A DNA stretch of 64,000 bases from Lingula anatina (taxonomy: Eukaryota > Animalia > Brachiopoda). Made by a program: the position numbers and the translations under genes. The notes beneath the pieces were generated by a model. It worked only from the letters and a program-made list of their open reading frames with translations, did no database searches and was not told where the DNA came from. The stretch is from the NCBI GenBank assembly GCA_051362555.1, contig CM120644.1:10438567-10502566 (forward strand), written 5' to 3'. Shown here one piece after another: positions 10,772 to 22,700 of this stretch (positions are counted from its first letter, which is position 1; each line of letters begins with the position of its first letter).

Positions 10772-11059
10772 TGTTGCGGGTGTCAGTCCAATTTTATTCA
10801 ATTGTCAACGATATATAACATCAACTGGTAACAAATGGTACTGTTTATTGTCTAACATCAACTTATGTCAACTTACATCAACTTTCATAAACTTTCAACT
10901 GGAAACAACTGGTAACAACTTTCATCTGAATCAACGTGAAACTCGTTGCGAGAATCTGACTTGTCTAACTAACACGTGCCGGCAAAAACTAAATACTATC
11001 AACACCGATACTACAATTAAGGTCAAGACACTACTAAAAATAGCTACTTGTCAGTTACA
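10772..11059 (-). repeat. 5' LTR (288 bp)
   Basis: Minus strand reads TGTAACTGAC...CACCCGCAACA. No difference seen from 4610-4897. Lies upstream of the gag ATG (10736). Confidence 0.97.
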
Positions 11060-14000
11060 AGGTTCATTGCACTGGGTGCAACATTGCACTATAATGCTGT
11101 CCGTCTTATGTGCTATACCATGGACCTGATAGGTGGTTTATTTTGAGAGTGTTTTTTATGAAATTGATATCCATGTAAATTTACCTTCATTTTTTGTCAT
11201 TTCCATCTATTTATTGATGCGTTTAAACTGTTTTGTACTTATCTGTTCCGATTGGTTTGTTTTATCCTTGATAAATCTACGAAACATTTTAAATGCATTT
11301 AAGACTTTAAATAAATACCGTACTGTTATTATAAAGTAAGGTTAGCCATACGGTCGGTGACAATAATGCATATACATTTCTACCTCACGGTAGCCAGTGA
11401 CCAACAGGTGGGCACGCATGACCTTTCCAAGTAGATATAGTATCTACTGTACCTTACTTTTGTTAATTTTAGTCTGTTAAGATAATTTGGGATTTATTTT
11501 ATTCCAATCGATTAGTTGAATCAATACCATGAAGCTATGTAAGACAGTGTGTGTATAAAGCAAATGAAGAAAAAGAAGAAAATAGCACCGTCTGAACCGC
11601 AATGTCGCACATTTGTACATATACACTTAATCACAAGGTAGCTAATGAAGTTGTCTCCTTCGAAGAGTAACTCTCATTTATAAATGTCTTTCCATGAGAT
11701 CCATGCACCATTTATATAAGTACATTTTACTGCCATGCCTACTGTATCATTAGATGCGCATTGAGAACACTCTGAAGCAAGGAAACCCCCATCCGACATT
11801 CACGCAAAGGCGTCGGACAAGATTCCTTCGTCATTTGGTTAAGGTTTGCAATAATATCACTTGGATTTATTGTGGTTAATGTCCAAGACAGTTGTATGTT
11901 AATACAATCTGTTCATCATCAGCTTAAATATGTTGTACATATGGACTGTTTTCATGTTCATGGTATGAGTGACCTCTGTTGTCACCGGCGACTCATTACA
12001 GTAAGAACCGTTGAAATGTTAGTAGATGCATCAAGCTGTTTAAAACTGTTTCAGGAATGATTTGATTTAACTAACTCTGACATGTCAGATCCCACGCTAC
12101 GGACTGTGTGTATTCTGATTTGTCTCTTCTCTCATTTCCCTCAACCGATGCATAAAGCTTTGTAACATATTGGCTGGGGCTGTCCCTTGTGGATCGAATC
12201 CGTCTTCAATTCGCAAAAGATGATTGGCATACATCATTTGGGAGCCTTCAGAAAGAATCAGGAAACCGCCGACGCATTAAAAACCTTAATTTGAAAGCTG
12301 TAATATTTAGCTTCAAGGTTTCCCTTGGCGGTAGGCCTCTACTTTCCTAGTTTCCACTAGCCCATTTTGGATCAACTTGAATCGACCCCAGTGCCTACTT
12401 TTCTGTTAATATCAACTTCAGAGGTGGGGGATGCGACTTCATCCAGATGGTGCGTGGCATGTAGATCTCAAGTTGGATTCAACGCTGTCCGCGTGTTGTC
12501 CACTCGCTACTGTGGAGTCGAGCATCTCCAAGTGAGACGGCACTTTAATCGAATTTGGACGTGATCTAAAACAGCGCAGTATGAAAGTGCTCAGACTTCT
12601 TCTCTCTCTGTGTCTGCCTTCACTTATGACGGTCTTGGAATGGATGAAATGCGACTGATACGCATCAACCTTCAGGATTTGTGGATTTTGTCCTTTAACA
12701 GCTCTGACTTACGGGTGCGTTCAATTTCCTGCAACTTGTCCTCAAAAGCACCATGTTTTCCCGAAAATAGCATATTTTGCTACATTTAAAGAATACGGCA
12801 TATTTTACTGTGTACTTGTAAAAGGGTTATTAAGTATTATATTAATTGTTTACATCCCTTTATTAAATCCCAAGCCAAAACTTAGCACGATTTGAGATAC
12901 AGAAAGGTGACAATGTTTCACTATAGTAGATAGACATACAGTTCCACCCAATTTGTCTTACATTGTTACATCGAATACTTTGATGATGACTACTTATGAT
13001 TTTGCTTTGATGTATTCTACTCCATTTTTCCATCCCATTTACGTGACTATTGTAGATAATGCCTTGACCTTTTAGAACACAGCAGTCACTGCTGCTTATA
13101 ACAAGTATAAAATGCTGTTCTGATCGTTCACAATCCCTAATAGAACTCGACGGGATTTCAGGCAAACAAAAAATAATTCGTTATTTAAAGCAGCAGATAC
13201 AAGCTACCATGGAATATGTTTGAAGGCATGTTGAGTGACCCAAATTTAAGCAAAATAAATAATAATTTAAACAACTTTATTGTCAAGGGGTTCACAATGG
13301 CACTGGCGACGTTGCATGGTAAAAACACGCAATTTAGTCTTGGTGGTTCACTATGTTATAGAAAACAAAAACGTATATGATGGTTTATGCTGACTCCCTG
13401 GCATCATCTAAATGTACATGTTCTAGATAGAAACAGCACAAAGCTAAATATTGGTTTTCTAATACTTGGCAGTCAAACCATATTTTAAGGGGGTTTAACA
13501 CAGTGTTTTTTTAGAGCTTGCTTTTCAAGTTCTATTAAAATCACTTTTTACTTTGATATACTGTTACATGTATATTTGATTATATGAAATAATTAATTGT
13601 ATTATCTGTGTGCGTGTAGGAATGGTGGCGCTTGATTAAGGATGAGGGTGCGCGCATATGTGTATAAAAATCCACCTTCAATAGACAGCAAAATTTCACA
13701 GAAACACATCTGAAGTAATTGGTTTGAAATAATTCCACAAAATATAATGTTCCATCTTACTAGAATCAATACTTTGAAGTTCAAATCAACAGTCTGAATT
13801 CTATCAGCCGCGACATGTTGCAGGGTTAATACTATTTGATGGATATGTATACCTGTATTGTATAGTTACTTTCAATGGTAAGTGCTGTATTGGTGAATCG
13901 GAGACATATGAGACTCCATTCAATATTCATTATGAAATATTATACTCCCACATCTTGTCAAGGCCCCCACCACTCCTGCACTGACATCATAATAAATAAA

Positions 14001-14495
14001 TAACGAGTTTTATAGCCGCCATTCAATATGTCACCGGTGACATAGCATGAAAAAAAATATAAACAAAGGCTGTTTTTCATCATCGTCTAATATTGTCGGT
14101 GTCAGATTTTTTGGAAGTGTTGACATCTCTTAAAATATTTAACAATTAACTGGGATATAATTGGACACGCCTGGGAAAGCTGCAAAACGTATTGGGGGCT
14201 GTTGTTTATCCAAGATGAATAGAATTGTTTGCTTTAGAAGTATTTGGCTCTATATATAAGTACTTCTAATGAAATATGCACTTTCATGACATATTATTAT
14301 TATCTGGTACTGATGGTGAAAAACAGATGGTTGGAGTCGCGGTGTTTAGATCCTTGATCAATGCCCTTGATCAATGACCGATTCCTCGCAGTAGGTCCTG
14401 GCATTAGGAAGCGCGAAGACAGGTTGAATCTCCCCCCCCCCCCCCCCACACACAACGTTGACATCACTCAGCACACACCTGCGTACACATAATAG

Positions 14496-14674
14496 GAGCG
14501 CATTCAGAGTAGCGGACTTACAGATCCGCGGATCAAATATGGCCGGCAAATATTACTTTCGTAATCCCTGCGGGGAATCTATTCAATGTCTAATTGGGAA
14601 TTAAAGGGCAAGCTTTTTAGTGAGTTGCCATATTTGATCTGTGGATCTGTTAGTCCGTTGTTCTGATTGCGCTC
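14496..14674. mobile_element. MITE, PIF/Harbinger-like non-autonomous DNA transposon (diverged)
   Basis: ~48-bp imperfect terminal inverted repeats: GAGCGCATTCAGAGTAGCGGACTTACAGATCCGCGGATCAAATATGGC versus GCCATATTTGATCTGTGGATCTGTTAGTCCGTTGTTCTGATTGCGCTC. Flanks TAG/TTA, an imperfect TWA-type target duplication. Confidence 0.7.
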
Positions 14675-15481
14675 TTACACGCACACAAGTTATACATGTA
14701 GGTGCAACCTCGCAAAAAGTCACACGCTTGCCTACCTCTATGTTTAAGTCTAAATACTTCGAAACTCCGTTCATAGCAACATGTATCGATATTTTGATGT
14801 GAAGATGTCTTTTACATTTGAAAATGATATATGGCTCATTCCCAACTCCCTTGCTCACCAAGCAAAAAACACTTGCCCATATATCCCGCTTTATTTTTAA
14901 TGTCTTCTTGGCGCCGTCTCTACGGATGCTTCCATGTTGCGTGACCTAGCTCTGCCGCATACAACCACGTGTAAATATTTTACAGGAATCTTCATTTCAT
15001 AGCTTTGACTTCAGTGATGATGGTGATGATTATTTTCTTATATTGTTTCAGAGGCCAGGTACAAATTAGAAGAGTAAAAGACTGAAAGACTACATGTGTG
15101 ACGTTCTTAATAAGACCCTGGGGAATAAAGTGAAAAGAATCCGGATCTGAAGTCACATGCATGGTCCAATGAGGTAGGTCTACATATTGTCATCATATTG
15201 CCTGGTGATTTTAATGACAAATATTTTGCAGTTTACCAGTAAGTACAGTGGGAGTGATATATGCACTCGCAAATTGCTCCATGTGAGTGTCATGATGTAT
15301 TGGCACGTGCTGTAGTCAGGAATCAGTAAGTTAAAGTGTGGTCGTTATAGTTACAGCCCAAACTTGGTTTTGGTGTTTTGGTGTTTCTGAGCGGTTGTTA
15401 ATTTAGATGAATAATGCATCTTCAGAGTTGTGTTATTATTCAAGTAATGTTTCTCAACCACTGACCATGACACACGTCTTA

Positions 15482-15621
15482 GGCCGCGTTCACAACCAAT
15501 TGATCTGCGGACTAACTAGTTCGCGGATCAAATATGGCGCGCACATGACAGTGGATTCTCGCCTTCCGCTCTCGACGTCCCACCAAGTTAGTTCGCGGAC
15601 CAACTGGTTGTGAACACGGCC
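15482..15621. mobile_element. MITE, PIF/Harbinger-like, 140 bp
   Basis: TIRs GGCCGCGTTCACAACCAATTGATC and GACCAACTGGTTGTGAACACGGCC (3 mismatches). TTA duplicated at 15479-15481 and 15622-15624; a 3-bp TWA duplication is typical of PIF/Harbinger. Confidence 0.82.
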
Positions 15622-16566
15622 TTAGTGTTATCATCATTTGTTACCAACAAATATCAAATGTTTAGAATAATATGACGCTAGGTTACTCAGTACGCAATTT
15701 CCTTAACCCTCGAATGCAAAGACAGCGCTGCCTTTATTCTCATTCCAGCAATATAACAGACGCGAATAAAAGAAAAGATTCATTAAGTGCATCTGGTCTT
15801 CTGCATTATTCTTTGAGTAATGGCGTATGGTCATATTTTATATATGATGTGCCGGCATCACAATGTCACGATCCATAATACGCAATCTGTTCTAATAAGC
15901 TGTATATTTCTCTTTCTTTTTCTCTGTTAAAATACCCATTCCTTGTAAATAGAAGCGGGGTGTTTGCCAAGCTCAGATTAAACGTTATTATATATACTAG
16001 ACATTACTGATGCGTGACAGAGTGTTGTCAATGTCGCTTGTTTTTGTATCTTTCAGCATTGAGGTAGACTGGGTAATTGAGTTTGTTTTAAGTAATAAGA
16101 GCATGCGGGTGGTACCGATGATTTATTGTCTCATCCACTTGTTGCGTGAAGAAAAATGTATCAATAATTGAAGGCAAGGGGGAAGTATGCATACAGGGTT
16201 TCGTATAAGATGATATAAGAGTGAGGACAGGACTATTTTAAAGCCGGAGAGCACTGCATTCTACTGGTTTACCTAATGACATAAATATATAATATATAAG
16301 AGACGGAAAGAGAGACGGGGAGAAAATATCCGTTGTGTAAGTATACATATAGTGCATTTTACGTGGTATTTTGGGTATGACAGTGGTGAGGAAATAATTT
16401 CTGCTTTGAATGATCGTGGTGGCTAGCGTTTGTTATATCATCTTAACCTGGAGAAGCCTCTTGGCGGAAGAGATGGGAGTTCAGGGTGGGATTTTTGTCG
16501 ATTACCTGCCAGTAACAGTAGGATATTGCGTCAGATTTGGAGACAAAATGTAATGGAATGACTTCC

Positions 16567-16724
16567 TGCTTTTGGTGCCGCGTTGCGCTATTGTGAAAAA
16601 CAACCTTAATTTATGTACAGTTCCTTTCTCATAATCCACTATAAAACTATGCTTGTGGTGCCGCATTGCGCTATTGTGAATAACAATCTTAATTTATGCA
16701 CTGCTCCTTCCTCATCTTCCACTA
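16567..16724. repeat. Diverged two-copy tandem duplication, ~83-bp period
   Basis: TGCTTTTGGTGCCGCGTTGCGCTATTGTGAAAAACAACCTTAATTTATG... at 16567 recurs as TGCTTGTGGTGCCGCATTGCGCTATTGTGAATAACAATCTTAATTTATG... at 16650. Confidence 0.88.
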
Positions 16725-19700
16725 CGGCAATTAAGATCAGCGTCCTTAAGACACTTTCGTATCATTCGTTTTAGACGGCTGTTAATGAGAGGATGTGGCT
16801 TATATATACTTAAAGATGTTATGTGACCATAGTGATAGGTTTTATTCTAATTTATGGGCGTGTTTCAGTGCATGTACACGTACTCAGCATTTGCATGTAT
16901 TTCAAACAATACACTGCCCCCTCGCAATATATGCATTGAACAACTCTCACTAACGTTTGAGGTGATCTAGCATATTTCGCTCTGGTGACAGTGCATTATC
17001 TCACACTTAGTTGAAGCCAACCACCGAATGCGTTCTAGTTTACGACTTGACTTAATCAAAGTAACTATTGGCTCCATTGTGCACGTACATATTATTCATG
17101 CTGGCAATAATTTTGATACTATCTGAATTGTAACACCTTTGAGAAACCTTAGTTTGAAAAGAAATCTATTGTGCGAAGCTGTTAGTCACGTCTTTCTGAT
17201 TGAATATCAAAGAGCTATAGAAGACCGAGATGGCTTCTTGAAAAAGGCAATTGGCAGTGACGTTAATGTTTTTGAATTGCTGGTGTCGTGTGCGTTATAA
17301 TCAGACCTAAATGGATTTGGCATTAAGTCATTGTAACTTGACGGCTTGAAATAAAACTTACGCTTTGTTGGGCCCAGTTAATTAAAACGAATTGGCAAGA
17401 GAACATAGTAGAGACCATGTTCATCAAACAGTACACGTTAATATGCTGCAGGTGGCTTTGACTGAGTAAATTTGGAGTGTCACAGTCAACTGTACCGTTC
17501 TGTATTTATTATAACTTTAACTAGGACTAACAAACATCTACAGTTTGTCAATTTTTATTCACAACAGATCCCCCCTATTAATCACTTCTTGCTTTTTTTT
17601 TTTGTGAATTTTACACTTGCTGAACAGTTTATGCCGCGTGTCTACGTCTTCATTGTGCATGTGAAGAACCCATTTTACATGCTCTGTCAGCGACACGTTC
17701 AATTTGTTAGGGCTTGTCAATGTATGAATGGGGAAATGCGGTTGATCCATTATTGCAACCCTGTTAAGTGCCTACGTGAGCAATTACGGACACCACCTTG
17801 GTAGATTGTTGTAAAGAATTGGACGAGCCTGGATGGCGTTAATACAAATCGTTATTCTATCTGTAAGCTTGGGTAACCGCGTGACGAGCGTAACGAGCCT
17901 CAATCACTCATAAACTTAACATGAAGTTCTATATCGATGTCGCTGCGACTGTTTACTTAACACTGAATGAAGATGCTGTTATTGCCGTGCGTATAATTCT
18001 CATAAGAAACTAGGTACTTTTTATCCTCATTTATTTAATTATTCTTTATTTTTGGGGCCCAGTGCCATTTTACACATTTTTTTCGAGGAAGACAAACTAT
18101 TGTTCTCAAGTTGTCGACATCCATTTTGTATTGATGACATTGTATAAAACAACCCCAAATAGTGAAGGAAACCCTTTAAACCTGCCTTTTGTGCACACTT
18201 AAGCCGACATAGCGAAATGCATGGCCAAAAATTATGTTGCACTTTTATCCAGCTACAACCATGAACTGAACGTCGCAAGTTGCATTTTTGTTGACATGCA
18301 GATATATATATTTTATATTTCGATACGAAATTGATTTTTGTGTAGGGGTGAATATGAGACCCTTTCGCTTACCTCATTTTGACATACGTTGATTACCATA
18401 AAGTATTGGTAATTTGTAACCCTTGTTTGACACGATTTTGCATTACCACGATGTTTTTACGAAAATCACAAAGGGAAAAACGAAGAAATGAAATCACATA
18501 GTAAAATTACAATGAATAGATAACTAAAAAAAGGTTTTACAATTGTTGATTTCTATGAAGTATATGTACCTGTATTTTAAGGCACCCTTGTAGAAAATTC
18601 CTGAATTATCAGTTTTGGCTTTCATTATGGATGTGCGTCATATGCCGCGATTTGGATTTGCTGTATCTTAACGTAGTGTGAACTGGGACTTTGGCTATCA
18701 ATTATGCTGCATCGATTGTTTCCTGGGGAGGTGGGGGAATGCATAAACAGCGTCTCTATCTTTCTTATCCTAGACCATCTTTGACTTTTAATGGAAAGAC
18801 GACTTGATAGCTAATGGCATGAGCAATACAAGAGCGATCTTCCGCAAAAGACCTTGCATGCAGTTGGCCTATCTTGCTTAAAATCAGAATTGCCACGGCA
18901 AAGCCCAGTTAGGACAAATTGAGATTCCAAGGTCAAAGTCAATGTTCTTTGAAACATTTTGTTTTTATGGCGTTGCATATCTTTGACATATTAGAGATCC
19001 AAATGGCCATGCCAGCTGTAGAAAACCTGACGACTAGTATGCAATGAGCGGTATTTTGTTCATAATCCCCCTTTCTTTGGCCAGTATATTACACTTGGTG
19101 GCCTTGCACAGATTTTAGTACATATGAACATGGTAAGAGACTGTAGTTTGACGGTTGTGTAATTTAAAAAAAATCAAGAAAAAAATGTAAAAGACACCTT
19201 CCAATTAACCTCAATAACAAAATGTTTAACATAACCGATGTCTTGCTAGATATATACTTCATCACCCAGGCTAGCAGTCTTTTACTCATGTTCGGTTGGA
19301 GGAGGGGGGCTTTCTTCGAGAACATCTACGTCACACTGGCCAATATGTATCTAAAATCAAGGAAATAACGAAAAAGTATGACATATAACCATTATTGCCT
19401 TGGAGTTTATCTCGGCACATCACTCGCTTCTACAGCAGGGGTCACGGAATTAGCATACCAGTTCAATAAACATACGCAAAAATCACGTTAGTCCCACTTA
19501 TGAGCAGAACGGCACGATATTGCCATTATCTTTCTAACATTCTTAGAAATTCTGAATGACCCAGTGAAAATACTCAAAACTCCATTAACTGGAGCCAAAA
19601 CTCCAGTATTGTTACAGTGTATAAAATTTCTGCCTGATGGTTCTCTCAAATGTCACGGTTGATGTTGTTGCTTTCTTAAGTGCATATGTGGATATCACTT

Positions 19701-22700
19701 ATGCTATCGAAAATGTATAAGTTGTATAAGTCTCCTGCATTAAAACATGTATGCGTGGCAGAGGTAGGTTTATTATTAAAGTGCATATAATGCCTGCTGT
19801 GGGCAAAAGCTATTTGTTTCAATTACCGAATACACGTGTGTATTAGCAGATGAAATGCTGTTGAAAGTTGGCTTTATTTGTTGAGCAACTCCAAGGCCAC
19901 AAGATGATGATGTTGTTATTATCAAATAAAGATTGATCCAAGTGTTTTGTTTGTATCTCTCCTCATTAATATGAGAAAACGAATTGATTTCCGAAAGGTA
20001 GTAATCAGACACAATACACCGACCCCATTATCTGTTTGTTATACGAATACTTAATTCACAATTGTAGTCTCACGGTCTTATTTAAAGGAACTGGCTTACA
20101 CATCATAGAATTATAATTTAGTAACTGAGATATGATTAAAAAGACATAGCTACATGTATAATAATTTAACTTAAGCTGATATCAATCATTTTTCACCTGG
20201 CGGTATGTAGGTATATCTCCTGCACATATTTGGTGTCCGGAATGAAGCAAAAGTTGTAATTAGCAAAAACGTCCATTAGCTTGGTTGTTGGATTATAGAC
20301 GAAAATTATTTAACACAAGCTGGAGTTTCTCCTCCTACCATTCGCTTACGATTAACATATAATAAACACCGGCAACAGTATTGACTGGAAATTAGCTAAA
20401 ATCCTTGAATCCGAGTCATTCGACATCGTAAAATACGAGATGCAATCGACATCGGCCTTCACCAGCCACCCTTGAATAAGGAGGGATGGGGGGTCTTTTG
20501 GCCTGACTTTTACAATAGGGTCCTCAAGTCAGCGTGATGAAGGCCTACGTCCAGGTTGGCCGCAAGCTAACGGCGGGGATTTTCAGCTTGTACTGAATAA
20601 TTCTCATCTATATTGCAAGCCGCATTATTATAATTATCCAAGAATAAAAACACATTAATTAATTAAGGATCCAACTTGAGATTCATAGCCGTTCACCCTT
20701 CAAGCGGTTATAGTGCAACTTGGGTAAAGTGTCGATTTTCATAAGCTTATGTTTAAGAGAAAAACAATGGGGTTTTCTTATCGACTTTTGAAGCGCGCTG
20801 TGTGTGTTTTCATTATTCAGAAGACGGTTCAAATGGTATGCATTAACTGTTCTAAGTCTTCGGGTGGCAGCTGATCATTCCAGTAGGTGGTCGAGTCCTT
20901 CAAGTGTAAAAACAGGAAAGGATATGACAGACCTCTAGCTGGCTGGATACTGTTTCAATAATTAAAAACGCTGCAAAGACATTGAAGAATTTATAACTGG
21001 TTCGATACTGTCTTGTCGTGTGTATGTGGCGTCGAGAGGGATAGACACCGTGGAATAGTATCTGTAAAATCAGCGTGCAAACCAAGGCCAGTTTGATGCT
21101 TTTTTTCGTCAATGAGGCGTCGAACATATCATCTGAATCTTGTACCATTTGCCTTGTAGTTAGTGCACTGCTGCTGCGTGGGCCTTTATTTTGTAAACAG
21201 TCTAATGGAATGTTAAGGATAGCTGTATAAAAGAAACAGGAGTATCGACCACTGTGTGAGACAAGCCAGTCTAATATCAGCCACAAGGTGGACAGAGACA
21301 AAGCTAGCGCACTGTGGTTACACCTAGTTACACGGCAGGGCAATGAGAAACAAAACCCATGAGATTCATGTGGCTTGCACGCGGAACAGACAATGTGCTC
21401 TGTATTCGTTTTGTCATGGATAATAGATGCCGAACCCGATATAGTAAAAATACAAGGGATGAGTCTGATAGTTTACACAGCAGGCGAAGACACAGACACA
21501 GTAGTCAGTCAACAGCAGAGCAATAAGTGCGTAACCACAGTAACGGTATGTCAACATTTCCAGGGTAAGGTATGATTTATTGTGTTTATACAGTTATCAT
21601 TTTCTGTAAAGCGTTGTATGCTGTTGAGTACAGTAGTAGGGGAAAAGGGAAAGGTGAGATAGGGACGCAGTGTACTTCCAGGACTCGCGAAGCTGGGGCA
21701 GTGAGGGGGAGGATAAATATACCATACCCCCTCCCCCCCCCCCTCCCCCGGTTAGGGGACAATGACGATTTTATCTTAATTTGTAGGGCGCTGTGATGGG
21801 ACTATTGTTTGGTTTCTTAGATTTAGCTAAGTGTATCGAGGGGGGGGGGGGGGGGGGGAAAGGGGGTGCTTTCAAAGATAAAGGGTGTGTACATTACCTG
21901 TACCAACTGATCTTGACAGATGCCTTACAGCTCTAAATCGCCTAGCTTTACCATGTGTTGCATGCTGTTGTTGTACTAGGCTGCACCAAGTGAACCATCA
22001 CGACGTGTTTATTGCGTAATGGGTACTGGTATTTATGTTTATCGTATGATTGTACATACATTATGCAGTGTGGCATATGAATGACGGAATTTCATTTTTT
22101 TTTCTTAAGCTTTTGAGCTGCCAAGACAGTAAAAAGTCCAGGTAGCTATATGCTAAATGTTTTGTCCGGTGGTTTCAGTGAATTGATATTGATTTTAAGA
22201 ATAGTTATGAATCGTATACTTATTACAAACCCTTTGACGTAACTGGTATATGCATACATATCCTTAGTATTTACGACAGTATAGATTCCTTAATGGTATT
22301 CCGAAAAGCAGTTTTTGGCTACTCGCGCCGAGGTACCCTAGAGGTATCAAAAATTAAAGCAATACATTTAAGAAATAATGAAAGTGTATTTAGGAAAAGA
22401 GACGTCATTGTACGTTGTTAAGGTATGTGACTTGAAGGTGCTGAACTGTGTGTTTGTTATACTCATGGGGTCCACTAAGTATTTTTCCACTGTCTGCGTT
22501 GATAATAAAAATATATAAAAAAAAAACAATCTATAAAATCAAGATAGGAGTAGATACACGTTGGGTAATATAGTACCACCTCAAAACGCATTTTCTGAGG
22601 AATAAATGCACATGTGTCATTTAGAAAAGCAACAGACCCAGATTTAGATATTGTGAGAACATTGGATGTGTAGTTATTTCCTGTATTAAGGAAAGCTAGA

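Larger units (their letters stand above)
4610..11059 (-). mobile_element. Full-length BEL/Pao (Belpaoviridae) LTR retrotransposon, apparently intact
   Basis: Two 288-bp direct repeats with TG...CA termini (4610-4897, 10772-11059). 5-bp target-site duplication AGGTT at 4605-4609 and 11060-11064. Single internal ORF with BEL/Pao-type motifs in Gag-PR-RT-RH-IN order. Confidence 0.98.

Noticed and set aside
15052-15173. AG/GT-bounded 122-nt segment as a coding exon
   Set aside because: Stops in all three frames; splice-like signals alone are insufficient.
18040-18592. Possible Tc1/mariner-type remnant ending in GGCACCCTTGTA
   Set aside because: No matching opposite TIR or transposase fragment found.
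20900-21343. 147-aa minus ORF, and microsatellite-containing ORFs such as 32690-33091 and 60052-60766
   Set aside because: No domain resemblance; composition typical of random or low-complexity frames.
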